From Clostridia bacterium (lineage in GTDB: Bacteria; Bacillota; Clostridia; JAAYHZ01), in contig JBMNIH010000008.1 in the NCBI GenBank assembly GCA_050950825.1, positions 113,288 to 177,287 on the forward strand: a DNA stretch of 64,000 nucleotides. The letters are read 5' to 3'. This document shows, in pieces, positions 31,020 to 41,993 of this stretch. Positions within the stretch are counted from its first letter, which is position 1. Each line of letters opens with the position of its first letter. Below the pieces are notes generated by a model that did no database searches, was not told the DNA's origin, and worked only from the letters and a program-made list of their open reading frames with translations. A program made the position numbers and the translations under genes.

Positions 31020-31736
31020 TTATACATGAAACTTCTTTACAAACTCTTCCGCGATAGCCTTTCGTGCGAATACGGCCAGTCCCATAATAATAAGGTAGGA
31101 AATAGCGGCGGCGATCAAACCGGGCAGCATCGGCTCCGTCAAGAAGCAAAGCACAATGATGAAGGGTACAAAGCCTGCTACGCACAAACACAAAAGGTAA
31201 AAAAGGAAGTCTTTTCGGTTTTGCTTTTTCTTGATCATAATAATGACCGCAGCGACTATAAAGGCTATGAAAACAATGGGCATTCCGTAAGATACCGACC
31301 AGGTGACCGGATTCAGGGTCCCGGTTTTGGATATAAATACGTTCATAATCAACATGAGTACCGACACGGATATTGCATGCCCCACCAGCTTAATGCCTAA
31401 ATGAACTCTTGTTTTGAAGGTTACCAGCCCCATCAGCCAAATGTACAGAACATAAGCGGAGAATATAACGCTCCACAGGCTTCCGGACCAAGTGAGGGCG
31501 TTAATGCCGGCGCTGAGCATAATTAATAAAATGGCGGAAATAAACATAGCTTTCGCCAGTTTGCGGTTGCTGCGAACCTTCGGAATATATTCCGGATACT
31601 TCGGTTCCGGATTTTGTTGGTAAGCACCGGGCATATGCTTGTCACATAGAGGACAGCGATCGGAATTTCCGGTGATACGTACTTTGCAATCAATACAATA
31701 AAGCATGGATGACTCCTTTAAAAATATTTCTCCCAA
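31020..31736 (-). CDS. Zn-ribbon membrane protein (DUF6320-like)
   Basis: CIDC..CPLC followed by ~6 TM helices; coupled to the acyltransferase gene. Confidence 0.7.
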   Translation of the reverse strand: MGEIFLKESSMLYCIDCKVRITGNSDRCPLCDKHMPGAYQQNPEPKYPEYIPKVRSNRKLAKAMFISAILLIMLSAGINALTWSGSLWSVIFSAYVLYIWLMGLVTFKTRVHLGIKLVGHAISVSVLMLIMNVFISKTGTLNPVTWSVSYGMPIVFIAFIVAAVIIMIKKKQNRKDFLFYLLCLCVAGFVPFIIVLCFLTEPMLPGLIAAAISYLIIMGLAVFARKAIAEEFVKKFHV

Positions 31737-33037
31737 TAATTGCCTTGAATCTCGACTTTAATCCCTTGTTCGGAGAGAAAACGGAAAAACGTTTTTTCCA
31801 CTTCTTTTTCTTTGATTCCTCTCGAAAAGGCTACGGAAGCGACTCCCTTGCAGGATACGACGGCTGCATTCGGACCGGATTTATATCGGGCGCCTAAATT
31901 CAGTTCCACATCCTCCACGTACTTGGACATCGAGGAGGGCAATACCACATTCCCCAAATTGGTAATGGTTGCCGTGGCCAATCGATTGGCAAACATGCTA
32001 TATCCCGCCTTAAGAAGCAACTTCTTCACAAACAAGGGGCTTCCTCTTACGGCCAAATTTTTCTCCGCGGCCACATTGGCCTTCATGGTCTCCAATAAAT
32101 GAGCAAGATTCAATTTTTCTTCAAAATCTTGTTTTGTTTTTTCCAATATCTCTTTAAACTCAATGCTGTCATCCTTGTATTTATGGATGGAATAAAAGTA
32201 CAAAGAGAAATTCCGCAGGGTTTTCGAATTAAAATATTTCCTCATATTCACCGGTATGAAAATGTTGACGGGACGTCTCGCCAATCTTTTTCGATCTCCG
32301 GTTTTTAAAATGCTGTAAGCCAACAAAGCGGCTAAAAATTGCGTAACGGTGGCATTGTAATCTTTGGCTACCTTCTTCAGTTCCTCTACGCTCATTTTAC
32401 CGGTAATGACACCGGTACCGCCTTGGATAAAGGGGGTTCCTTTAATTTCATAGGCTTTGTTTACGACAGGGCGGGTCGACGGTCCTTCTTTATAGTTTTT
32501 CAAAAAGCTGTCTTCCATCTCCTCCGCAGAAGGTGACTGATCCACCGTCAGTACCATGTTTTCGCTTTCCATGGGATATCCTTTTAACTCCAAGTACCGA
32601 TATACCAAGGATTTCGTATATTCCAGCGCACCGTTGCCGTCGCAGATGCTGTGGAAAACCTCCACACTGATTCTTTTTTTATGGTAATAACAAGAAAACT
32701 GGTATCCGTTATTCGCAAAAAAATCAATGGATTTACACATAAAAGGCGGTTCCGGCTTGACTTCAAGCGTCCGCTCGTTTTTTTCATAGTAATACCAAAA
32801 GAAACCTCTTCTCATCCTCACGTAAAAAGTGGGAAATCGCGGTTTTAAATCGAAAACCGCTTGTTGAAGAAGCTTCGGGTCAATATCCTCCGTTAAAGTC
32901 ATGGATATTCTAAAAACATGGCCGTTCTGAGGACCGGCCACAACAGGGTATATTTTGGCAGCGTTGTCAAGCCGAAACCACTTTGGTGCGGCATGACCCG
33001 TTTTTGTATTTACAAGGGGATTCAATTGCAATACCAT
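31718..33037 (-). CDS. Alcohol acetyltransferase / condensation-domain acyltransferase
   Basis: WFRLDNAAKIY, FHSICDG (HxxxDG), PVNMRK.F.S.TLRNF, TNLG. Confidence 0.8.
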   Translation of the reverse strand: MVLQLNPLVNTKTGHAAPKWFRLDNAAKIYPVVAGPQNGHVFRISMTLTEDIDPKLLQQAVFDLKPRFPTFYVRMRRGFFWYYYEKNERTLEVKPEPPFMCKSIDFFANNGYQFSCYYHKKRISVEVFHSICDGNGALEYTKSLVYRYLELKGYPMESENMVLTVDQSPSAEEMEDSFLKNYKEGPSTRPVVNKAYEIKGTPFIQGGTGVITGKMSVEELKKVAKDYNATVTQFLAALLAYSILKTGDRKRLARRPVNIFIPVNMRKYFNSKTLRNFSLYFYSIHKYKDDSIEFKEILEKTKQDFEEKLNLAHLLETMKANVAAEKNLAVRGSPLFVKKLLLKAGYSMFANRLATATITNLGNVVLPSSMSKYVEDVELNLGARYKSGPNAAVVSCKGVASVAFSRGIKEKEVEKTFFRFLSEQGIKVEIQGNYWEKYF

Positions 33038-33224
33038 TTTACTCCTTCAGTTTATACAACCATTTTACAATGAAAGGTCATTCCTGTCAATGATAAAAGT
33101 TTCTGTCTGCCAAAAATATATAAAAAATATATTAAAAACGGAAAAAGAACGGATGCAATGCATGCGGCATCCATCCGTTTTCATAGTCAGTCTATTTATT
33201 GATTCTGTTCGAACCGATATTTCC

Positions 33225-34736
33225 TTACTGCAATCCTCCTGCCAGAAGGACCCCCATTTGATGTTGCGGGTCGATTTGGCCGTCCTTATGCCTTCTTCCG
33301 TTTAAGAAGTAAAGGTCAAAGTGGCCGTCCATCCCGTTGCCCGATATGGCATCGTAGTTCGGACCGTAACCGTAGTCTCCGCTTCTTCCGGACACATTGG
33401 CAAGATAAGGCGCTCCGTCTACACCGGCATGAGGCATCGCCGAAACGGATACGGCAAACCGTCTTCCGTCAACTTCCAATATAAAGGGTTTTCTTTCCCA
33501 AGACCATTTGCCGCCAAAAGCGTCCTTGAGCTTTTGGGTATCGGCCATTGTCAACGTTTCCGTGTCCGCGTGAGACGAACCCGTTGTCCTTTTTACTTGA
33601 ATACGGACACCGGTATTCATATCGATCAACACGCCGGTTTTGTTCAATGGAAATACGTATTGGCCTTGTTCTTTCCAATCCAGCACTTCTCCGTATTTCC
33701 ACGAGGGAACGTATTTTTTAGCGATCTTGCGCACCGGAATCTTGATGACTTGCCCGATATCCAAATAACCGCTTTGAATACCGTTTGCTTTTCTCAAATC
33801 GTCTTCGGATATTCCGTGTTGCGTCGCTACGGACCAAATGGTGTCTCCGCTTTTTACCGTGTAGGATTTATAGGTCGTATAGTCTCCTAAGGTGCTGTAG
33901 CCGATTTCTCCGCTGAAGAGATTGCCGTTATCGGCAAAGCCTTGGTTGCTTAGATCCGTCCAAAATACACTTTTGTGAATATATCCGATACCTTTCGGTG
34001 AAGATACCTTATACCAATCCCCGTTTTTCCCTAATACCGTAATGGGCGTCCATGCCGCCAAATATCCTTTGTCTTGGTAGGAGAATCCGGGTCCCGCTTC
34101 CAATGTGGCGCTCTTTGACACGTAAGCATCGTAAGAGAAGGTATCATTATGATATCCTACGGTCAAAAGCTGACCGGGGTATATCAAGTGGCTGCTCAAC
34201 CCGTTTTGGTTCATAAGCCAATTTACCGAAACACCGTATCGAGTTGCCAATTTACTCAAAGTATCCCCGGACTGCACCTTTACTCTTACGGCGCCGGCGT
34301 TGCCCGGAGGATATACCTCGTATCGATTCTTTTCGTAGTTGATATATACTTTCATACCGAGCTTGTCTGCGGCAAAGGTTGCCGGAACGTAGACGCTCTG
34401 TCCGATAATCTTCGTCGGTGCATTCGCCCATACGTATTTGCCGTTTACCTTCACCGTGTTGTCATTCAAATTGAAAACAAGCTCCGTATCGCCTCTCGTT
34501 ACGGTATACGTCAACCGGTCGCGGTCGAACCGTGAAACGGCTCCCATGGCATCGGCCAATATTTTTACCGGCAGCATCACTTTCCCGTCTCGATTGACAA
34601 TCGCTCCGCTTTCCATAATGAAATTGTTGTTATACCAAAAATCCATTCCGTACAAAGCTTCATTCCCCGAAGCGTTTGCCGTATGAGGAACAATAAAAAG
34701 CAACAGTATGAGTACCGCACAAAATATTTTTTTCAT
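33225..34736 (-). CDS. Secreted protein: copper-amine-oxidase N-terminal domain, two LysM domains, SH3-like and C-terminal catalytic-like domain
   Basis: Signal peptide, VQSGDTL/VKSGDTI LysM motifs, HADTETLT, NGMDGHFDLYF. Confidence 0.82.
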   Translation of the reverse strand: MKKIFCAVLILLLFIVPHTANASGNEALYGMDFWYNNNFIMESGAIVNRDGKVMLPVKILADAMGAVSRFDRDRLTYTVTRGDTELVFNLNDNTVKVNGKYVWANAPTKIIGQSVYVPATFAADKLGMKVYINYEKNRYEVYPPGNAGAVRVKVQSGDTLSKLATRYGVSVNWLMNQNGLSSHLIYPGQLLTVGYHNDTFSYDAYVSKSATLEAGPGFSYQDKGYLAAWTPITVLGKNGDWYKVSSPKGIGYIHKSVFWTDLSNQGFADNGNLFSGEIGYSTLGDYTTYKSYTVKSGDTIWSVATQHGISEDDLRKANGIQSGYLDIGQVIKIPVRKIAKKYVPSWKYGEVLDWKEQGQYVFPLNKTGVLIDMNTGVRIQVKRTTGSSHADTETLTMADTQKLKDAFGGKWSWERKPFILEVDGRRFAVSVSAMPHAGVDGAPYLANVSGRSGDYGYGPNYDAISGNGMDGHFDLYFLNGRRHKDGQIDPQHQMGVLLAGGLQ

Positions 34737-35059
34737 TTCAACCACCTCCGTTTGTTTCTAACCGCTAAAAGCTTTTAGCGGAAGGATCGGTATTTTTATT
34801 ACCGATTTTCAAATGAGGTTATTGCGCTTTCTCTCTCTTTGGCAAGAACCGACAGCTTAACTGTCTTCCTTTTCAATCGCAAATCAGGTTTTTGAAAAGG
34901 CGTTTTTAATTTTAAAGGATAAAACCCGAAAAGTATACAGGTAATTTATAACAAGCAGGGTCTCGTTTGTCTTGCATACGTTTTTTTATTATGCTACATT
35001 GGTATTGGGCTAATGATATTTGCTTGTTCTTCCACTTTTTCAAAAGGAGATAGGGTGTC

Positions 35060-36790
35060 ATGAAAAAGTTCGCTTTCTATATATTGCTGATCGCTATTCT
35101 GCTTACCGGCTGCACCGACGGAGGAAAAGAGCTTTCTTACGAGGAACGATTTCTGTCGAACCAAGGTATCATCCATGTGAATGAAGAAAGAGCACCGGTT
35201 TTCGATACGGATTTCGAAACCTCGGACAAAGATGTCGCTGCATTTTCATTGGAGCTCAAGGATTATTCTTCGGAATTAGCAAATCAAGAACAAACCGTCT
35301 CCGTGTTTTTAGACGGCGGTAAAAACAATTACAAGCTTATCCTACAATTTCCGGACGACCGAAAAGAAATTCATTATTCCTTGCCTCAGGATATCTTAAA
35401 GCCCTTGTCTTTCAATTACATGTACGATGACATGGACTTTCCCTTGTATTTAAAAACCTTAAACAAGGGTAACATCGTAAAATACTACAAAGTCGATTTG
35501 AAGAAAGAAACCATCGGGGAATACAAACCGATCGGTTTATGGAGCCGTATCTTAAAAACAAAATGGACCTATACGGGAGAAGAAATCCAAAACTATATCA
35601 CAGACGAAGCGAAGAATTCCCTTTTGGTTATCAACCACGACGGAGGTATCAGCGGACATCATTCCCGTTCCTATTTAACCGCCGTAGACAAAAAATCGGG
35701 AGAAGAAATTTGGTCGGTATACGCCGGATACATGGGAAGTACGTATGCTTTTAATAAAAATGAAAGTAAAGTATTTGTGGGAGTCAATCTCGCTTTTCAG
35801 GCTCCCGGCTACCTTTACTGCATCGAGCACAAAACGGGAACCGAGTTATGGAAAATTGAAATTGATCCGGACGATTCTTTGTATTCTTTGGTTTCGGTAA
35901 AAGACGTTTTAGTGGCATGTGTTCAATCGAAGGATGAGGAATTAAAGCTTTTTGCCTACAGCGAAGAATCCGGGAAAAAGCTTTGGCAAAGGGACTTAGG
36001 TCAAGACAAGCTGTATACGGACACCCGCAGCATGGACTTTCTTGTCCTGTATAACGAAAGGGGAATCACCGCGTACGACGTACGTACTTTAAAGCAAAAA
36101 TGGCATTTGGACGTTAAGCTTGCCGTAAACGATAGCGAATACACCGACCACACGCAAACCGTTGCGATACTCGATCCGATTGCCTATGGAAAGCAAAAGG
36201 ATTCGAAGCAGGTATGGTTTGCTTTAAGCAACGGATTTATAAACGTCAATATCAAGAACGGAAAAATTCGCCAAACCGTAACCTCTTCCAACAGCCGACT
36301 GCTGCTTTTAGATAAAAAGCATGCCGTCATCATGAAGTATAAAACGGATAATGCTGCAGCCTCGAAATTGTATACCTATGCTTACGAATTAATGGATACG
36401 GAACAAAACAAAGTATTGTTTAGCGGAGTAGGTCGGCTTCAAGGCGGCATTGTACGGAATAACCGATGGATTGCCGTTATAGGAAATTCCGTAAAGTGCT
36501 ACGATCTTAAAACGAGAAAAGAAATATGGAATACGCCTCTTGAAATCCATTTCGACTCTTTCGACAACTCCGGTCTCATAAAGCCGGTCGTGTATAAAAA
36601 TCGAGTGATAATCCCTCAAGAGGATCATTTGATGGTATTGAGCATATCTACGGGAGAGCTTCTTTATCAAGTGGCGGATTACCTTTTGCCGGCAAGTCCT
36701 TTCCCGAATCATAAGCCCTATAAAGCGTACTCCGACGGAAAAACCCTTTATGTATCAAGACTCAATCGCAAATTGGAAGCCCTTCGTTAA
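35060..36790 (+). CDS. Lipoprotein with PQQ-like beta-propeller repeats
   Basis: Lipobox LLTGC; repeated D..SG/TG...W motifs. Confidence 0.75.
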   Translation: MKKFAFYILLIAILLTGCTDGGKELSYEERFLSNQGIIHVNEERAPVFDTDFETSDKDVAAFSLELKDYSSELANQEQTVSVFLDGGKNNYKLILQFPDDRKEIHYSLPQDILKPLSFNYMYDDMDFPLYLKTLNKGNIVKYYKVDLKKETIGEYKPIGLWSRILKTKWTYTGEEIQNYITDEAKNSLLVINHDGGISGHHSRSYLTAVDKKSGEEIWSVYAGYMGSTYAFNKNESKVFVGVNLAFQAPGYLYCIEHKTGTELWKIEIDPDDSLYSLVSVKDVLVACVQSKDEELKLFAYSEESGKKLWQRDLGQDKLYTDTRSMDFLVLYNERGITAYDVRTLKQKWHLDVKLAVNDSEYTDHTQTVAILDPIAYGKQKDSKQVWFALSNGFINVNIKNGKIRQTVTSSNSRLLLLDKKHAVIMKYKTDNAAASKLYTYAYELMDTEQNKVLFSGVGRLQGGIVRNNRWIAVIGNSVKCYDLKTRKEIWNTPLEIHFDSFDNSGLIKPVVYKNRVIIPQEDHLMVLSISTGELLYQVADYLLPASPFPNHKPYKAYSDGKTLYVSRLNRKLEALR

Positions 36791-36806
36791 AAGGGCTTCT
36801 TTTTTT
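36777..36806 (+). terminator. Intrinsic terminator
   Basis: GAAGCCCTT-loop-AAGGGCTTC followed by a T run. Confidence 0.7.
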
Positions 36807-36817
36807 ACGTATTCATT

Positions 36818-37055
36818 TTAACTTCGATAATGCTTGGCTTGGGCGTCGTAGAACTCTTAGTAGGATGCGTTTCGAGCGTACAGGTCCTTGTGCTTTCCCG
36901 AATCCGCGATGGTGTTGTCATGAATGTATAAAACACTGTCCGCCGGACAAAAGGATGCCGTCCTTGTTGAGCTGCCTTTGCAGGTAGGTATCAAAGCCGT
37001 GGCTTGTCTTTTCAATATCTTTCGTAATATCCGGCCTGTCGCATATATCCTTCAT
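36818..37055 (-). pseudogene. Internally deleted ABC exporter ATPase remnant
   Basis: Own translation ...GFDTYLQRQLNKDGILLSGGQ then IADSGKHKDLYARNASY*EFYDAQAKHY: signature motif plus typical C-terminus, with an in-frame stop. Confidence 0.6.
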
Positions 37056-37299
37056 AAAGTATATTATATATATTTTACCTTACCTCGGACCGTAAACGAT
37101 TTCACCCGCCTCTTTCCGGGATTTTACCGATTTTTCCGTTATCCGATTAAAATACCTCCCGGTTTCTTTCGTTTTTTTCTTCTTGCCCAATGTTTTGAAA
37201 TTTGTTGCCGAAACTTTCCTATTACCCAAAAAATCAAATTCGATTCTCCGCATAGTATAATAACCATGAATAACAATGAAACGGGAGGAAATTAAGGTC

Positions 37300-38343
37300 A
37301 TGAAAAAATGGATAGCGTTCTTCTTGACAATCTGCATGGTATTCTCTACGGCAGTTGTCGCTTTCGCACAAACGCAAACGGAAATCAATGCAATCACCGT
37401 CGTACTTAACGATGCCAAAGTATTCGTAAGCACAGATGTGAACAATGTTGCCGCCGTTAACGTTCAGCTTCCCTTGCATCGAATGATCGAAGCCGGCATC
37501 TTTCAAAGCGATACGACGGACAAATTCGTTGAAATCGTGAAAAAGGTATGGGATGAAATTACGAAAATTCCCGCCGTCAACCAAACGCAAAAAACCCAAC
37601 CGACGGCCATCAATATAACATACCAAGTGAACCAAGCCGGAGATTTACTCATTCTCAGCGGCGTCGGTGTTCTCCCCGCCGGAAAACCGGCCATTAAAGA
37701 GGACTATACTTACGCTACCCTGCTCCAGAAAAAGCTGGAAGATCAGGTGATGAAAAAGCTTGCGAAAATGGTGCTGGATATAAAAGGCGAAAACCTTAAA
37801 AAGCTAAAGGAGCAAACCGACACGGCATTGCAAACCATGCTTACCGGTTTCGAAACCGCCGATCTGGCTACGTTAAGAGCAAGAATCCAAGCGTATATCA
37901 ACGTTTCCAATCTGTACAAAACGGCGCAGGTCGAATATGAGAATTTGAAAAAATACAACAAAGAAGTCGTAGAGAAAAACTGCAATACGAAATACACACT
38001 GAACAAAAAAACGACGGATCCCAAAAAAGATGACGATTTTTATTTCGGCGATTGGGATAAATACTTCCAAAACAAATTATCCGTTATCTTTAAACTGTTA
38101 GAAAAACAAGGTAACAAGGGTACAAAAAATGCCGCTTCGCAACAGCTCCGGAATTTGCAGAAGAAATTCGGCGATTCTTTTAAAGTCTACATGGAAAAAT
38201 ATTTAGGAAAAGATTACGAAGAATATTTGGAAGATCTCTTTGACTACAAGATTGACGATGACAATGATGACAAAGATTATCAAAAGAGCAATAAGAAGAA
38301 TAACAACAACAACGGAAAAAACGGCAAGGGTAAAAATGATTAA
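37300..38343 (+). CDS. Secreted hypothetical protein with D/K/N-rich tail
   Basis: Signal peptide MKKWIAFFLT...AFA; low-complexity C-terminus. Confidence 0.7.
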   Translation: MKKWIAFFLTICMVFSTAVVAFAQTQTEINAITVVLNDAKVFVSTDVNNVAAVNVQLPLHRMIEAGIFQSDTTDKFVEIVKKVWDEITKIPAVNQTQKTQPTAINITYQVNQAGDLLILSGVGVLPAGKPAIKEDYTYATLLQKKLEDQVMKKLAKMVLDIKGENLKKLKEQTDTALQTMLTGFETADLATLRARIQAYINVSNLYKTAQVEYENLKKYNKEVVEKNCNTKYTLNKKTTDPKKDDDFYFGDWDKYFQNKLSVIFKLLEKQGNKGTKNAASQQLRNLQKKFGDSFKVYMEKYLGKDYEEYLEDLFDYKIDDDNDDKDYQKSNKKNNNNNGKNGKGKND

Positions 38344-38484
38344 AGGGGGGTTACCCGGGTCGTTGAATAGGGGAAATTGAATGAAAAAAGCAAAGCAGTC
38401 CAAAAAAGAGTAGGTCTGCTTTGCTTTTTGTCCTTTAAACGTGATATTCTAATGACAAGCGCAGACTTTTGGTGAGGATTAAGA

Positions 38485-39180
38485 ATGAATAATGTCGACC
38501 AAAGGGCGGTCGAGTCTAAGACCGATCCTGTAAAAAAGGAAAAACTGATCGAAGACTATATTCCGTTTATACTCTCTTGCGCTCAGAAAGCAACGGGACG
38601 ATATATCGACACGGCAAACGACGAAGAATTTTCGGTAGCTTTAGAAGCTTTTTCCGAAGCCATTGAAAGTTTTAATATTGAAAAAGGTACCTTTCTTTCC
38701 TTTTCCAATCAGGTAATCAAAAACAGGCTGTACGACTATATGCGTAAGACGGAAAAATATAACGAAACGGTCGTATTCGACGATATATATAATGATGACA
38801 GCAAGATTCTATCCTTTGATATCGTTGCGGCTGCAGAAAATTACCAACAAGAAATGCAAAGAAGCGATTTGGTCGTAGAAATCGACCTGCTTTCTCGAAG
38901 GTTGGCAAAATGGGATATTTCTTTTAACGACTTGTCTAAGATATCGCCGAAGCACAAAAAAACGCGGCAAATGTGTATAAAGATAAGCGAATATATACTA
39001 AAGAACGATGAATTGTACCGACAGATGATGTCAAGCAAACAATTGCCCTCCAAACAAATTGAAAACACTTTCAAATTACCCAAAAAAAAATTCGAGAGAT
39101 TTCGCAAATATATAATAGCGGTAGTGATTATCAAAAGCGGGGACTTTGAGCAAATAGCCGAATATGTGAAGCTCAAATAA
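38485..39180 (+). CDS. sigI: RNA polymerase sigma-I factor
   Basis: YIPFI, DEEFSVALEAF.EAI..F..KG.FLSF, SPKHKKTR, ERFRKYIIA; followed by rsgI. Confidence 0.9.
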   Translation: MNNVDQRAVESKTDPVKKEKLIEDYIPFILSCAQKATGRYIDTANDEEFSVALEAFSEAIESFNIEKGTFLSFSNQVIKNRLYDYMRKTEKYNETVVFDDIYNDDSKILSFDIVAAAENYQQEMQRSDLVVEIDLLSRRLAKWDISFNDLSKISPKHKKTRQMCIKISEYILKNDELYRQMMSSKQLPSKQIENTFKLPKKKFERFRKYIIAVVIIKSGDFEQIAEYVKLK

Positions 39181-39192
39181 AGGTGATAAAAA

Positions 39193-40659
39193 ATGAAGGC
39201 AGTAATACTAAATACGGAAAAAAAGCATACGAATATTTTATGTAACGACGGAAGCTTTAGGAAAATCAAAAGGCAGTCCTGGCATACCGCCGGTAAGGAA
39301 TTTGATTATGTTCCTTCTTCGACAAGCGTCGTTTCCAAAGCTGCCGTTATTTTGATCGCCGTTCTATTAACCTCTCTCATTTCCGCTTACGCCTTGCCTT
39401 ACCGTACTTTGGCTTTGGATATTAATCCTTCCGTCACCATGAGCATTAATCGTTTCGGATACGTAATAAACGCTTACGGAACGGATGAAAGCGGAATCAA
39501 GCTTGTTCATAACCGAAAATTGATTCATAAAAAAGTGGAAAACGCGCTGGGGCTGTTGGTAACGGAAGCTACCGCCGAAGGCTACCTCAAGCCGGAAACC
39601 GATAACGTAGTGCTGCTGTCGTATAACGTCCCTTCCGAAATAAAGTACAATCGCGAGACCGACTATATCGATAAGCTGGTTCGCACCTTTGAAGAAACAA
39701 CAACTCGCTTAAACATACCCGCCCAAATTGTAACCCAACCGATTGATACGGAAATTATGGAGCAGGCTAAAGCCAACGATGTCAGTCCGGGGCGTATGGC
39801 ATTGTTAAACAAGCTCAAAGAAGTCGACCAAGACGTTACCTTAGAAGATATCAAGGACGGTCCGGTAAAAGATATCATATCCGCCATTCAAAGCAACGAC
39901 AAGGACTATTTCATGGCAAAAGAAGCCTTTGCCGACTCGGAAACGGAAAAAACACCAAAGGGTAAGAATGATGAAAATGAAAATAATAAAGACAATAAAA
40001 ATAACAATAAAGATAATAAAAGCAATGTAGAAAATAACTCAAAAAATAACAAGAAGGAGGACAAAGAAAAGAACGACAAAGAAAAAGAAGATAAAAAGAA
40101 CAATAACGAGGACAAAAAGGATAATAAAAACATAGAGAATAAAGAAAACAAAGAAAACAAGGATAACAAAAATAATAAGGAGAACAAAGATAACAATAAT
40201 AATAAGGAGAACAAAGAAGACAAGGAGAATAAAAAAAATAATAAAAAAGATAACGAGAATAAAAAGAACGATAATAACGGGAACAAGAACAACAAAGATA
40301 ACAACAAAGTACGGAATCCGTTCTTGAACAATAAAGGCAACGGAATCATAAATGAAGCAAAGGATAAAAACAACTCCTCTGAAAAGCAGAATAAAGAGAT
40401 GAATAACGGCAAAGATAACAAAAACAACGACAATAGTATGAAAAAAGATAATAAAAAAGAGGAAGAAAAGGAAAATAACAAGCATAAAGAAAAAGAGAAG
40501 GAAGATAATAAAAACAAGCAAGACAAAGAAAACGATAACAACAGCTCCAAGAACGAAAAAAACGACAGTAAGAATAACAATAACAAAAATAATAACGGTA
40601 ACAATAAAAGCAATAATAAGAAAAAAGAATCGAACAAACGTCAAAATAAAAACGGCTAA
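39193..40659 (+). CDS. rsgI: Anti-sigma-I factor RsgI with long N/K/D/E low-complexity tail
   Basis: N-terminal DGSF.K domain, TM helix, LDINPS motif, SPGR, ~235-aa disordered tail. Confidence 0.88.
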   Translation: MKAVILNTEKKHTNILCNDGSFRKIKRQSWHTAGKEFDYVPSSTSVVSKAAVILIAVLLTSLISAYALPYRTLALDINPSVTMSINRFGYVINAYGTDESGIKLVHNRKLIHKKVENALGLLVTEATAEGYLKPETDNVVLLSYNVPSEIKYNRETDYIDKLVRTFEETTTRLNIPAQIVTQPIDTEIMEQAKANDVSPGRMALLNKLKEVDQDVTLEDIKDGPVKDIISAIQSNDKDYFMAKEAFADSETEKTPKGKNDENENNKDNKNNNKDNKSNVENNSKNNKKEDKEKNDKEKEDKKNNNEDKKDNKNIENKENKENKDNKNNKENKDNNNNKENKEDKENKKNNKKDNENKKNDNNGNKNNKDNNKVRNPFLNNKGNGIINEAKDKNNSSEKQNKEMNNGKDNKNNDNSMKKDNKKEEEKENNKHKEKEKEDNKNKQDKENDNNSSKNEKNDSKNNNNKNNNGNNKSNNKKKESNKRQNKNG

Positions 40660-40916
40660 ACGAACAATTATTGAACGAAAAATGATGAAACCGGAAAACA
40701 CCGTTCTAAAACGTCTCTATTGTGTTATATACTCTCTAGCCCTACTTTCCGAAAAAGGTGCTTCTTGGCACCTTTTTCCTTTGTGAAGCCAAGTTTTCTC
40801 ATGGGTAAAGTCTTCTCTTTATGTACATTCTATCAATGAGGTTCGATCAAAGTATCGAACCGAATTCCGATCCTTGCATATTATATATAGACCGAAACCA
40901 AAAAAAGGAGACCGTT

Positions 40917-41993
40917 ATGCATACCGAGAGACACATGTTTCCGGGAAACAATACGTCCCGGGGCTTTTACAGCTATTATCCGTACATTGTTCCGTATTCG
41001 GCGGCCGAACATATTTATATCCTCAAAGGCGGACCGGGGGTAGGAAAATCTACGTTTATGAGAAGAATTGCGGAAAAAGCCGCTTTGCTAGATTTTGATA
41101 TTGAATTTATGCATTGTTCGAGTGACCCGGACTCTCTTGATGCGGTGTTCATCCCCCAAAAGAAAGTCTTGGTTGTGGACGGCACGGCTCCGCATGTCAT
41201 CGACCCGAAGTTCCCCGGTGCCATCGATGAAATCATCAATTTAGGTGACTGCTGGAATCAAGAAGGATTAAAGGAAAAAAGGGCGGAAATCGTTTCTCTA
41301 AGCGTCGAAGTCAGCCGAATCTTTGCACGAGCATACCGCTATTTGAATGCCGCCGCCCGCATTTATGAAAACTTAGAAGAAATATATAGCTTGGCCTCCG
41401 ATAAGAACCGAATCAACCTCATAGGGGCGGAAATCATCGACACATACTTTAAAGACGATCCTATAACCGGAAAAGAAGGCTCCCTCAGGCGCTTATTTGC
41501 CACGGCCATTACACCGGACGGCTTAAGGGATTACTTGCCTTCTGCACTTAATACAAGCCGTAAAATTATCCTCAAAGGAAGCCCGGGAACCGGTACGGAG
41601 AAAATACTGGCAAAGGTATTGGAAGCTGCCGTATCGAGAGGGTACGATACGGAAGCCTTCTATTGTGCCCTATTCCCCGAAAAACTTGAGCATATCGTCA
41701 TTCGCGACAAGGATTTGTCCATTGCCACTTCTAACAAGTATCATACCGTACCTACCGAGGGCTTCGGCAGCTACGACTTGGACCCGTATCTGAACAAAGA
41801 TATCATAAAAGCATACGACGATTATCTGCAGTACAACCGCTTGGAATTCGAGGGCTTACTCCATCGCGCCATCTATACATTAAGTACGGAAAAAATCTAC
41901 CACGATCGATTGGAAAGGATCTACGTCGATAATATGGACTTCGAAAAAAGAAACGCGTATGCCGATAGGGTCATCGAAAAAGTATTCGGATAA
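40917..41993 (+). CDS. PRK06851-like tandem P-loop ATPase
   Basis: FPGNNT..GF.S, GGPGVGKST, HCSSDPDSLD, DGTAPH, second GSPGTG. Confidence 0.8.
   Translation: MHTERHMFPGNNTSRGFYSYYPYIVPYSAAEHIYILKGGPGVGKSTFMRRIAEKAALLDFDIEFMHCSSDPDSLDAVFIPQKKVLVVDGTAPHVIDPKFPGAIDEIINLGDCWNQEGLKEKRAEIVSLSVEVSRIFARAYRYLNAAARIYENLEEIYSLASDKNRINLIGAEIIDTYFKDDPITGKEGSLRRLFATAITPDGLRDYLPSALNTSRKIILKGSPGTGTEKILAKVLEAAVSRGYDTEAFYCALFPEKLEHIVIRDKDLSIATSNKYHTVPTEGFGSYDLDPYLNKDIIKAYDDYLQYNRLEFEGLLHRAIYTLSTEKIYHDRLERIYVDNMDFEKRNAYADRVIEKVFG

Noticed and set aside
39906-40701. Long hydrophobic L/F/S-rich ORFs on the minus strand
   Set aside because: Antisense shadows of the A-rich low-complexity rsgI tail.
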